Notes: generated by a model not told the origin, from the letters alone. A stretch of DNA of 64,000 bases from Patescibacteria group bacterium (GCA_034002925.1 JAVEZP010000003.1:11712-75711); one strand, 5' to 3'. Positions 36,188 to 45,583 are shown, counted from the first letter of the stretch. A program made the numbers and translations.

Positions 36188-37101
36188 AATTTCTAAATTT
36201 TTACAAAAAAAAACTAAGTTGTCAAAATGAAGACGAAGTTTTTAATTATTTAATTAATAACTTAAAGCCAAGTATTATTCTTTGGTCTTATTTTGTTAAT
36301 TGGGATAAGGTTTTTAATAATACCAAAAAGATAGAAATAGCTTTAAATAATCTTAATTATTTAATTGGAAAAGAAGATTTTGATAGTGAATTCAGATTTT
36401 TAATTAAGGAAAATCCAGAAATTGCTAAAGTTATTCCTGCGTTGGTTGTGCGTGATGGAAGTAATACTAATAAATTTAATATTTTAGTTGATTATAAAGG
36501 TAAGAAACTAGTTTATGAAGAATACGATTTTTCTAAAAAAGAGATGACAGATGAGGACGTGGAAAAGTATCTTATGTTTGTAAAAGAGTCAGGATTAAAA
36601 GATTTAATTATCTCACAAAAAATCAAAAACCTTGTTGATTATATGATTGGCGTAGAGGCTGGGCTTGATAGTAATGGTAGAAAAAATAGAGGTGGCCATT
36701 CTATGGAGAGTATAATAGAATTTTTTATTAAAGATGTTTGTGAGAGTAAAAAATATAGCTATATTAAAGAAGCAACCTCAGAGAAAATAAATAAAGAATG
36801 GGGCTATGACGTTCCAGTGGACAAGTCTTCTCGCAGATATGATTTTGTTGTTAACACTGGCAAAGAACTTGTTATTTTTGAAACTAATTTTTATGGTGGT
36901 AGTGGCTCTAAGTTAAAGTCAACTGCTGGAGAATATAGAGACCTTTTTAATGTCTTAAAAGGTCAATATAAGTTTATTTGGATTACAGATGGTAATGGCT
37001 GGAAGTCTACAGCCCGGCCCCTTAGGGAAACCTTTAATCACAATGACTATGTGATTAGTTTAGAGATGGTTGAAAAGGGTATTTTAAATGAAATCTTTTA
37101 A
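36184..37101 (+). CDS. DpnII-family type II restriction endonuclease (predicted GATC)
   Basis: NLVDYMIGVEAGLDSNGRKNRGGHSMESI, RYDFVV, ETNFYGGSGSKLKSTAGEY, WITDGNGW and LRETF match the DpnII/MboI family blocks as I recall them. Start overlaps the previous stop (ATGA). Confidence 0.8.
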   Translation: MKFLNFYKKKLSCQNEDEVFNYLINNLKPSIILWSYFVNWDKVFNNTKKIEIALNNLNYLIGKEDFDSEFRFLIKENPEIAKVIPALVVRDGSNTNKFNILVDYKGKKLVYEEYDFSKKEMTDEDVEKYLMFVKESGLKDLIISQKIKNLVDYMIGVEAGLDSNGRKNRGGHSMESIIEFFIKDVCESKKYSYIKEATSEKINKEWGYDVPVDKSSRRYDFVVNTGKELVIFETNFYGGSGSKLKSTAGEYRDLFNVLKGQYKFIWITDGNGWKSTARPLRETFNHNDYVISLEMVEKGILNEIF

Positions 37102-37165
37102 TTAAAGATATAAAAATCATTAAGCTTGTTGAGATGAATTTAAAAACCGTTGATGTGCCACAAGG

Positions 37166-37963
37166 ATGTATAAAGTGTTTTATTATATGAACATTTTTAA
37201 AAAAGAAAAATCATATTCTAAACAAAAGATTAAAATTAATCTTATAAAACAGTGGATTTTTTATATTTTTGCCTTCTTGCTTATTGTTGTTTACCTCTCT
37301 TATTCTATTAATAAATATAGACATTTAGATCGAGATACGCTTAGGGTTTTTGCTTTACTAACATTAGGCTTTCTTTCTGGTATATTGTCTTTGTGGTTTT
37401 TAAAGTTAATTAATAATTTCTTTTCAAAAACTGATACTGAGATAAATAAGGCTAGGAAGGGAAACGAAGGAGAAAAATTAACCTATCTTAATTTAGTTAA
37501 ATTTCTGGGTAATAATTATAAAATTTATAAAAATTTTAAAATACCTAATCGTAAATTTGATATAGATTTTTTAATAGTTGGCCCTAAGGGATTAATAGTG
37601 ATAGAAGTAAAAAATAGTTCAAATTCCTATATTTTTACAGAAAAAGAAGCTAGGAGAATAAAGGGAGAAGGATATTCTAGGAAAACTACTCTTTTGTTTG
37701 GTAATTGCGATCCTCGTGTAAAGCTAATAAATCATTGCAAATCTTTAAATCATTATTTATATTCCTTGGGTTTAGTTGGTTTTAGGATTAAAAAGGCTTT
37801 GTTGTTTATTAATGGGAATATAAGCATTAATGATAAATCCGGTGTATATATTATTAATGGAATAAGCAAATTGCGTGAGTATATAGAAGGACTAAATTAT
37901 GACGATAGATTCACTGCAGAATTTTGTGAGACTGTTAATAGGAGCTTAATTGATAAAATATAA
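37166..37963 (+). CDS. NERD (nuclease-related domain) protein with two N-terminal TM helices
   Basis: GNEGEKLTYLNLVKFLG...KFDIDFLIVGPKGLIVIEVKN fits the NERD core (GxxGE...D-x-hhh...G-hhhhE-x-K). Preceded by two hydrophobic helices. Confidence 0.65.
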   Translation: MYKVFYYMNIFKKEKSYSKQKIKINLIKQWIFYIFAFLLIVVYLSYSINKYRHLDRDTLRVFALLTLGFLSGILSLWFLKLINNFFSKTDTEINKARKGNEGEKLTYLNLVKFLGNNYKIYKNFKIPNRKFDIDFLIVGPKGLIVIEVKNSSNSYIFTEKEARRIKGEGYSRKTTLLFGNCDPRVKLINHCKSLNHYLYSLGLVGFRIKKALLFINGNISINDKSGVYIINGISKLREYIEGLNYDDRFTAEFCETVNRSLIDKI

Positions 37964-38083
37964 ATCATGCCAAATTTGACCTCTTTTATATTTTATGTTA
38001 TATTAATTACAGATAAGAAATCTATTCTTCTCCATTATTAATAACGTTAAAAGTGACTGGCTTTTTTCCAGTTGCTTATTTTT

Positions 38084-39865
38084 ATGTCAAAGAACGAAAA
38101 AAATGTTCCTGCTGAGAAAATTGTCAGTTTCACAGAATTAGGAATTAAAGAAACTATTTTAAAAATTATCTCCGGTTTAGGTTTAAGCACTCCCACCCCT
38201 ATTCAACTACAAGCTATTCCAGCGGCTTTAAGTGGCCAAGATATTGTAGGCATCGCTCAAACTGGTACTGGCAAAACCTTTGCTTTTGGTATTCCCATGC
38301 TGCAGCAATTAGCTCTCAATAAGGGTAGGGGTTTAGTGGTTTTACCCACTAGAGAATTGGCTTCTCAAGTAGAAAAGAGTTTGCACAGTCTAGGTGGTCC
38401 TTTGGGATTACGTACCGCTCTTTTAATTGGCGGTGAGCCAGTATATCGACAATTACCAGCCCTAAGACGCCATCCTCATATCGTAGTTGGCACCCCAGGC
38501 CGTTTAATTGATCTCTTAAAGAGTGGTAATTTAAAACTAGATACCGTCTCAGTGTTAGTATTTGATGAGGCTGACATGATGTTTGATATGGGTTTTGCTC
38601 CTCAAATTGAAGAAATTATGAAGAGCGTCCCTAAAGAAAGACAAACTCTGCTTTTTTCCGCCACCATGCCTTTAGCCGTGATGAAATTAGCAGAAAAAAA
38701 TTTAAAAACTCCAGTCAGGGTGGAAGTAGCTCCAGCTGGAACAACCGCTGCTTTAGTGGATCAAGAATTATATATCATGAGCCGAGAAGAGCGTTGGCAT
38801 CAGTTGTTAGAATTACTTAAAGAATATCAGAACTCTGTCTTAGTGTTTGTTAGAACTAAACATGGTGCTTCTAAGTTGAGTAAAAAATTAAAAGAAAATA
38901 AATATCAAGCCGCTGAAATTCACTCGAATCTTTCTTTTCCCCAAAGACAGGCCTCTTTAAGCGGTTTTAAAAGCGGTAAGCATCGTATTTTAGTAGCCAC
39001 GGATGTGGCGGCCAGAGGTTTAGATATTAATGATATTGAATTAGTTTTAAATTATGACTTACCTGATAATTCTGAAGATTATGTTCATCGCATTGGTCGA
39101 ACAGCTAGAGCCGGTAAAAAGGGTAAGGCTATTTCTTTTGCCACCCCTCAACAAGGAAGAGAAGTAAAGAGAATTGAACAGCTAATTCGAAAAAATTTAC
39201 CTAGTAAAAGAATTAACAGCTCTCATCCTGAAGCAGTTAGTTTTGTGTCTAATAATTTTGATCGCAGTGGCAGACCACAAATAATTCCGCGTCAAAGAGC
39301 TGATAGGGCAGTCATGCCGAGAAAAAAAGAGGGAACAAGGGCTAGGATTGAAAAAAGAGAGGAGTTTCAAGAAAACCTTAAACATACTAGTTTAGGTTTT
39401 AAAAAAAGAGCTAGTCAAATTGATCCTACCGCTACGCCTGATTATCTGCAGCCGCGTTCATCTCGGGGGGTTTCAGCTCAATATCAGTCAAGAAATAAAC
39501 ATACAGATAATCGTCAAAGAACTAAAACAACTAAATTTAATCATCAATCAGAGGAGGAAGAATTTGTGCCTTTAATGCATAATCCTAGTTTTGATGGTGG
39601 TAACCGTTTTGCCTTTCGTCGTAATTTATATCAATTAAAAGAAGCAGCTAAAGGTAGATCAAGACGTCCTTTTAAGAAAAGAGAGACTCAAGACAGGCCG
39701 ACTGATAAAGATGTAAAGAGAGACAGACCAGCTGCTCGAGCTGACTTTAAAACTGGTGTCAGAAGTTCTGGTTCAAAGGTTTTTAAACCTAAAGAAAAGG
39801 GCGGTGATGATAGTCGTAGCTTTAGGGCTAAATCTTTTACCCCTCGCTATAAAAGAAAAAAATAA
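38084..39865 (+). CDS. DEAD-box ATP-dependent RNA helicase with a basic C-terminal extension of about 200 aa
   Basis: Q motif, AQTGTGKT, PTRELA, DEAD, SAT, VATDVAARGLDI, HRIGRTARAG. Arg/Lys-rich tail. Confidence 0.9.
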   Translation: MSKNEKNVPAEKIVSFTELGIKETILKIISGLGLSTPTPIQLQAIPAALSGQDIVGIAQTGTGKTFAFGIPMLQQLALNKGRGLVVLPTRELASQVEKSLHSLGGPLGLRTALLIGGEPVYRQLPALRRHPHIVVGTPGRLIDLLKSGNLKLDTVSVLVFDEADMMFDMGFAPQIEEIMKSVPKERQTLLFSATMPLAVMKLAEKNLKTPVRVEVAPAGTTAALVDQELYIMSREERWHQLLELLKEYQNSVLVFVRTKHGASKLSKKLKENKYQAAEIHSNLSFPQRQASLSGFKSGKHRILVATDVAARGLDINDIELVLNYDLPDNSEDYVHRIGRTARAGKKGKAISFATPQQGREVKRIEQLIRKNLPSKRINSSHPEAVSFVSNNFDRSGRPQIIPRQRADRAVMPRKKEGTRARIEKREEFQENLKHTSLGFKKRASQIDPTATPDYLQPRSSRGVSAQYQSRNKHTDNRQRTKTTKFNHQSEEEEFVPLMHNPSFDGGNRFAFRRNLYQLKEAAKGRSRRPFKKRETQDRPTDKDVKRDRPAARADFKTGVRSSGSKVFKPKEKGGDDSRSFRAKSFTPRYKRKK

Positions 39866-39875
39866 TGTTAACGTT

Positions 39876-39902
39876 AACCGCTCCCTTTAGGGGGCGGTTT
39901 TG
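39876..39902 (+). terminator. Rho-independent terminator
   Basis: AACCGCTCCC-ttta-GGGGGCGGTT (10 bp, one G-U) followed by a short T-run. Confidence 0.6.
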
Positions 39903-39945
39903 CTATATTTTTTTAATTAATAAGGTTATAATAAGAGGGTAGTAA

Positions 39946-41460
39946 TTGAAATATATGAATAATTTTAAATTTTTAAGTAAATTAAGCCAAGGATTAAACT
40001 CGACTGTGCTTTTATCTTTGATACCAGCTATATTCTGGGTGATATTTTTATGGAATTTTTGGGATAAAGGTGTTTATGCCTTAGGCTTTAATGCTACTAT
40101 TTTTGCTTATCTTTTATTAGCTCTATTTGTTTGGGTTTTATATCGAAAAAAACATTATCGTCGTTGTGATTTAAACTGGCTTATTCCTTTGAGCTTATTA
40201 ATTTTGAGTTATTCATTGTATGATAATCCTTTTGTAAAAATTAGTAGTTTATTGCTGATACCAATTATTTGGGCGTTTTTTTATAATCAAGCTTTTTTGT
40301 TAGATAAAGATAAGATATTTTGGAATTTTCGTTTTCTAAATCAAATTGTTATTAGATTATTCGCTTTATTTAATGAGATTCCTGCTTCACTACGTTCTTT
40401 CTTGACGCTGCTCAGTCCTAAAAAAGCCAATAAGAATGTTGCTTGGCGGATTGTGGTGGGATTATTGTTATTTGTGATTATTGCCTTTACTATTTTTATT
40501 CCTCTTTTGTCTGCCGCTGACGCTGTTTTTGCAGAGAAATTACAAGTGATATATGAAGCGGTGATGAATGTTTTTTCTTCGGTGTTGATTTATAAATTAT
40601 TGATGATAATATTTTTAGCGCTTTTGTTTTTAGCTGCCTTGCGTGCTTGGAGTAGTAGTTTTGATTATAAAGAGACAAGGGAATTGCCTAAAAAGGTTGA
40701 TCCGATTATATCAGGGATTGTTTTGGCTGGTATTTTAGGGCTCTATCTTTTATTTTTAGCTATTCAAATGAGTCGTTTATGGATTGGTTCATTGCCTTTT
40801 GATTTCCAAACTACGGAGACTTTAGTTAAAAGTGGTTTTTGGCAGTTGTTGCTGTTATCAATTATTAATATTTTAATTTATTTAACTACCTATCGAAAGA
40901 CTAGTTCTTGGGTGCAGAAGATTTTAATAGCCTTCACTTTTGCGTCTTTGTTATTATTAGCCTCAGCTGCTTATCGCATGGCTCTATATGTTACCTATTA
41001 CGGTTTTAGTTATGAGAAATTTTTTGCTTCTTATACGGTGATTTATGCGGTTATTTTATTTATTTGGTTGATAATAAAATTATTTGCTACTCAAAGAGCT
41101 AATGTTTTAAAGTTTGTAATTATGCTCTTTTTATGGATGTATGCCTTAATTAGTATATTACCGGTAGAGCAATTTATTTTACGCACTAATTTGGCTTTAA
41201 GTCGTATGCCTGATTCTAGAATTAGGCTTTTTGAATTAAGTATGCTGTCTCCTGATGTTTTAATGCTGGTACAAAAATACCAAAAACAAGGTTTATTAAC
41301 AGAATCAGTAGCTTATCTAGATAGAGAGGGAGAGAGAAAGAATGGCGAAGTTTTTGAATGGCAGCCTTGGATTACTAAGCAAGAACAAATAGTCTTAGAG
41401 AAAAAATGGTATGAAAAAAATATCACTAATCTTCTTTATCTAATTAATCATAATTATTAA
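39946..41460 (+). CDS. Hypothetical polytopic membrane protein (about 12 TM)
   Basis: Long hydrophobic ORF. GAGGG 9 nt upstream of the TTG at 39946 (alternative ATG at 39955). Family uncertain, possibly DUF4153/DUF4173-like. Confidence 0.55.
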   Translation: MKYMNNFKFLSKLSQGLNSTVLLSLIPAIFWVIFLWNFWDKGVYALGFNATIFAYLLLALFVWVLYRKKHYRRCDLNWLIPLSLLILSYSLYDNPFVKISSLLLIPIIWAFFYNQAFLLDKDKIFWNFRFLNQIVIRLFALFNEIPASLRSFLTLLSPKKANKNVAWRIVVGLLLFVIIAFTIFIPLLSAADAVFAEKLQVIYEAVMNVFSSVLIYKLLMIIFLALLFLAALRAWSSSFDYKETRELPKKVDPIISGIVLAGILGLYLLFLAIQMSRLWIGSLPFDFQTTETLVKSGFWQLLLLSIINILIYLTTYRKTSSWVQKILIAFTFASLLLLASAAYRMALYVTYYGFSYEKFFASYTVIYAVILFIWLIIKLFATQRANVLKFVIMLFLWMYALISILPVEQFILRTNLALSRMPDSRIRLFELSMLSPDVLMLVQKYQKQGLLTESVAYLDREGERKNGEVFEWQPWITKQEQIVLEKKWYEKNITNLLYLINHNY

Positions 41461-41462
41461 TT

Positions 41463-42332
41463 ATGTCTCAAGTCTTAGTTTCTTTTCTAACTCCTCATAA
41501 AATTCCATTAAATGGAGTATGGCTGGGAACACAAAAAGCGGAAACAGTTTTTGTATTTTTGCATGGTTTAGGTGGTAGTTTATTTTCTCGTTCTGCTTTG
41601 TTAGAAAATTTAGCCGCTCAGAAAGATACGGCCGTTTTAACTTTTAACAATCGCGGTTTCGGTTTAATTAATTCTTTTAAAAAGCAAAAAGCTTCGGGCG
41701 AAAAAGAATATTATTTGGCCGGTATGGCTCACGAACGTTTTAGCGAATGCTTAGATGATATTGATGGCGCTTTGGCTTATGCACGCTTACGAGGAGCTAA
41801 AAACATATTTCTAATTGGCCACTCTACTGGTTGTCAAAAAATCATCTATTATTTAGCTAAGAAAAAAAGAGTAAAAGTGCAAGGGGCGATTCTTTTAGCG
41901 CCAGTGAGTGATTATGCTACTATAGATCAGAAAGATGCTTCTTATCAAAGAGCTCTGCGTGCGGCTAAAAGATTAGTGAGCCAAAGAGATGCTCAAGCTT
42001 TGTTGCCTTCTAAACTTTGGCGCCACCCTATTTCCGCTCAACGTTTTCTTAGTCTTTATACACCTGAGAGTGAAGAAGAGATATTTAGTTATGCTAGTAA
42101 AAAAAGAACTTCGTTGTTAAGTAAAGTAAAGATTCCTGTTTTAGCTTTATTTGCGACTGAGGATGAATATAATTATTACCCGCTAGATGTAATCAGAAAT
42201 TGGTTTGAGCGTACAGCAACGACGAAAAAATTTCTTTTTCACTTAATTCCTCACGCTGACCATTCTTTTAAGGATCAAATTAAGCCAGTTGCATCAATTA
42301 TTAAAGCGTGGCGTCAAAAATACCGATTATGA
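41463..42332 (+). CDS. Alpha/beta hydrolase (DUF1749-like)
   Basis: Nucleophile elbow GHSTGCQ. HGLGGS oxyanion region. C-terminal His (HADHSF). Confidence 0.7.
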   Translation: MSQVLVSFLTPHKIPLNGVWLGTQKAETVFVFLHGLGGSLFSRSALLENLAAQKDTAVLTFNNRGFGLINSFKKQKASGEKEYYLAGMAHERFSECLDDIDGALAYARLRGAKNIFLIGHSTGCQKIIYYLAKKKRVKVQGAILLAPVSDYATIDQKDASYQRALRAAKRLVSQRDAQALLPSKLWRHPISAQRFLSLYTPESEEEIFSYASKKRTSLLSKVKIPVLALFATEDEYNYYPLDVIRNWFERTATTKKFLFHLIPHADHSFKDQIKPVASIIKAWRQKYRL

Positions 42333-42859
42333 TGATTGATAAGGTTGAATTTCGACGTTTGCGTCGTTCTAAAAATATACGTTTAAGTGTTAGGGTTGAT
42401 GGCCGTATCTTGTTAACTTATCCGTGGTGGATTAGCCAGAAAAAAGCTAGTCATTTTTTAGCTACTCAAGAGGATTGGCTGCAACAACAATTAATTAAGT
42501 TTAAATCATCAAAGAAATCTTTATTAAATGCTGGTAGTCGGGCGGATTATTTATTAAGAAAAGAAGAGACGCGAATTTTAATTTTAGAGCGATTAGCCCA
42601 TTTTAACCTTTTTTATCAATTTAGCTATCAAAGAGTGAGTGTTCGTAATCAAAGCAGTCGCTGGGGTAGCTGTTCACAACGAAAAAATTTAAATTTTAAT
42701 TATCGTTTAATCTATTTGCCAGATTCATTACGTGATTATGTGATTGTGCATGAACTTTGTCATTTACAAGAGATGAATCACTCAGCTTCTTTTTGGCATT
42801 TAGTAGCGAAAACAATGCCGGATTATAGAGAGTTAAGAAAAAAATTGCGCTCTTTGTAA
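42329..42859 (+). CDS. YgjP/DUF45 (SprT/M48-like) zinc metallopeptidase
   Basis: RWGSCS...NFNYRL...VIVHELCHLQEMNHSASFW (HExxH). ATG overlaps the previous stop (ATGA). Confidence 0.75.
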   Translation: MMIDKVEFRRLRRSKNIRLSVRVDGRILLTYPWWISQKKASHFLATQEDWLQQQLIKFKSSKKSLLNAGSRADYLLRKEETRILILERLAHFNLFYQFSYQRVSVRNQSSRWGSCSQRKNLNFNYRLIYLPDSLRDYVIVHELCHLQEMNHSASFWHLVAKTMPDYRELRKKLRSL

Positions 42860-42941
42860 TCTTTTTATTTTTAATCGTTTGTTTGCTATAATATAATGTA
42901 ATGTAAAATAAAATGTAATAATAATCTCTTCTTTGATTTAT

Positions 42942-44855
42942 ATGAAAAAAATTAAAAAATTGTGGTGGCTCTTTTTAATAATCGTGATTGCACTTGCTTT
43001 GTGGTGGTGGTTTGCTAATCGTGATCAAGAAGTCTCCTATTCTACTGTGAATGTGATTCGTGGTCCTTTAGTACAGACTGTATCTGAAAGCGGTACCTTA
43101 AAGCCAGTGCGAGAATTATCTTTAAATTTTCTTAGTTCTGGTCGGGTGCAGTCACTGTCAGTATCGGTTGGTGATAAAGTAACTGCAGGTATGGAATTAG
43201 CTGCTTTAGATAATAGTGCTTTACAGTCTCGTAAATTAGAAGCTGAGGCAGGCTTAAAAATAGCGGAAGCCTCTTTAGATAAATTATTAGCTGGTGCTAG
43301 TGGTGAAAATTTAGCAGTTAGTCGTGCAGCTATTAATCAGGCTCAAGCTAATGTTGATGCTACCATTATAGAACTCGAGAAAATAAAAGCTACTACTGCT
43401 GAAAATTTGAGACAAGCAAAAAAAACTTTAGCAGATTTAGAGTCAGATAGCACTGAGACTGTCACTCCAAGCGAACAAGCCGTTGCCTCTGCTCTCACTA
43501 CTTTAAATAATGCCGAGCAAACTGGAACGGCTAATATTAATAATGCTCGCAGTTCGGCGATAATTAGCATTAATGACAAGATTTTATCGGCTAAAGTTGC
43601 TCTAGATAATATTAATACGATTTTAGAAGACAAAGATGCGGAGGCAGTGTTAAGCGTGAAGAACAGCTCTTTATTATCTAAAACAGAAGATGCTCGTAGC
43701 GCTGCTTTATTGTTAGTGGGGCAAGCTGATGCTTTGGCTAATCAAATGCAAGCAGATGAAAGTAAAATTGTGCCAGCTGCTCAAGCCTTACAATCTTTAT
43801 TACGTCAAGTTAGCACTACTTTAGATTATGCTTATGCCATGTTAGAGGCAACTATTACTAGCGTCAATTTTTCTCAAGCTAATTTAGATGCTTATAAAAA
43901 TTTAGTTAGTAGTCAGTCAAGTCAAATTAACGCTGCTAGTTTAACAATTGAAAGTGCTTCTCAAGCTTATCAAAATGCCGTTTTAAATAAAGAAGTAGCG
44001 GTGGCTAACGCTTATGAAGCTTGGCGTCAAACCGAGGTGGCTTTAGATAATGCAATTTTGGCAGCACGTAATAATGTTAGTAATTTAGAACTTAGTCGTG
44101 ATCAGCAGATAGCAGCGGTAGAGGCACGTTTAGCTTCGGCTGAAAAAGCTTTGTTATCCGCAAAGGCTCAATTTAGTAGCACTGCTGCCCCTGCTAGGGC
44201 TCAAGATATTGCTTTAACTCGGGCTCAGATTAGTCAAGCTCAAGCTGCTTTGGCTGGGGTAGAACAGCAATTAAGTGAAACTGTTTTAACAGCACCGCTT
44301 GATGGTGTAATTACAGAGGTTAACTATGAAATTGGTGAACAATTTGGCCCAGGCACAAAAGCGATGATTGTAATGCTGGTTGATAATAGTTTTAATATTG
44401 AAGTGGATATTGCTGAATCTAATATTAGTAAGATAAAAATTGGTGATGAGGTTGATATTACTTTTGATGCTCTTTCCGATGATTTTGTGATTAAAGGAGT
44501 GGTTAGCTTTATTGAACCAGCACGTACTTTAATTCAAGATGTGGTTTATTATAAAGTTAAAGTTGAATTTGAGAATTTACAAACAGCTTTAGCTCAAATT
44601 GAAGCTGAGAATTTTAAATTAAAAGCAGGTTTAACTAGTAATGTTGTTATCACCACTGATAGCCGTGACAAGGTATTACAAGTACCGGCTCGTACTATTA
44701 TTGAACAAGATGGAGCTAAAATAGCGCGTGTAGTTGAAAATGGAGAAATTGTTGAGAAGATGGTGGTGACTGGTTTGCGAGGTGATGATGGTTTAATTGA
44801 GGTTTTAAGCGGTTTAGAAGAGGGGGATCAAGTGGTAACTTTTATTAGAGATTAA
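42942..44855 (+). CDS. HlyD/MacA-type membrane fusion protein with a greatly extended coiled-coil hairpin
   Basis: N-terminal TM. Split lipoyl halves (GDKVTAGMELAALD / LTAPLDGVITEVNYEIGEQF). Beta-barrel and MP domains at the C-terminus. About 355 Ala/Gln/Ser/Leu-rich helical residues between the lipoyl halves. Confidence 0.8.
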   Translation: MKKIKKLWWLFLIIVIALALWWWFANRDQEVSYSTVNVIRGPLVQTVSESGTLKPVRELSLNFLSSGRVQSLSVSVGDKVTAGMELAALDNSALQSRKLEAEAGLKIAEASLDKLLAGASGENLAVSRAAINQAQANVDATIIELEKIKATTAENLRQAKKTLADLESDSTETVTPSEQAVASALTTLNNAEQTGTANINNARSSAIISINDKILSAKVALDNINTILEDKDAEAVLSVKNSSLLSKTEDARSAALLLVGQADALANQMQADESKIVPAAQALQSLLRQVSTTLDYAYAMLEATITSVNFSQANLDAYKNLVSSQSSQINAASLTIESASQAYQNAVLNKEVAVANAYEAWRQTEVALDNAILAARNNVSNLELSRDQQIAAVEARLASAEKALLSAKAQFSSTAAPARAQDIALTRAQISQAQAALAGVEQQLSETVLTAPLDGVITEVNYEIGEQFGPGTKAMIVMLVDNSFNIEVDIAESNISKIKIGDEVDITFDALSDDFVIKGVVSFIEPARTLIQDVVYYKVKVEFENLQTALAQIEAENFKLKAGLTSNVVITTDSRDKVLQVPARTIIEQDGAKIARVVENGEIVEKMVVTGLRGDDGLIEVLSGLEEGDQVVTFIRD

Positions 44856-44860
44856 AATAT

Positions 44861-45583
44861 ATGAAGAAAGCTTTATTGGATTTACAATCTCTAGAAAAAA
44901 CCTATGTGAGTGGGGAATTGGAAACTCAGGTTTTAAAGCAAGTTTCTTTCCAAATTGAAAAGGGTGAATTTGTGGCAATTATGGGACCATCTGGTTCTGG
45001 TAAGTCAACTTTAATGCATATTTTAGGCCTTTTAGAACGAGCTAGTGCTGGTCATTATTATTTTGCTGGTCGTGATGTTTCACTTTTAAATGATGAAGAA
45101 TTAGCTCATTTACGTAATCAAGAAATAGGTTTTGTGTTTCAAGCTTTTAATTTATTAGCTCGAACTAGCGTCTTAGATAATGTAAAATTACCTTTGATTT
45201 ATTCACAAAATAAGAAAAAAATGGATGAAAGAGCTACTAAAGTATTAAAAAGCGTTGGCTTGGGACATCGCTTAGATTATTATACTAATCAAATTTCTGG
45301 TGGTGAAAAACAAAGAGTAGCCATTGCTCGAGCTTTAGTTAATAATCCGGCGGTTATTTTTGCAGATGAGCCAACTGGTAATTTGGATTCTAAATCAGGT
45401 ACGCAAGTGATGAAAATTCTGCAAGATTTAAATGCTGATGGCAAAACAATTATTTTAGTTACTCATGAAACTTTTACAGCCGAACACGCTCAGCGTATTA
45501 TTCGTGTTCACGATGGACAAATTGTAAGTGATGATAAGGTCAAGAAAAGACGGATAGCCGAAGAAGGTGAATTATTGAAGTAA
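44861..45583 (+). CDS. MacB/LolD-type ABC transporter ATP-binding protein
   Basis: [40 protein letters not shown]. Confidence 0.9.
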   Translation: MKKALLDLQSLEKTYVSGELETQVLKQVSFQIEKGEFVAIMGPSGSGKSTLMHILGLLERASAGHYYFAGRDVSLLNDEELAHLRNQEIGFVFQAFNLLARTSVLDNVKLPLIYSQNKKKMDERATKVLKSVGLGHRLDYYTNQISGGEKQRVAIARALVNNPAVIFADEPTGNLDSKSGTQVMKILQDLNADGKTIILVTHETFTAEHAQRIIRVHDGQIVSDDKVKKRRIAEEGELLK

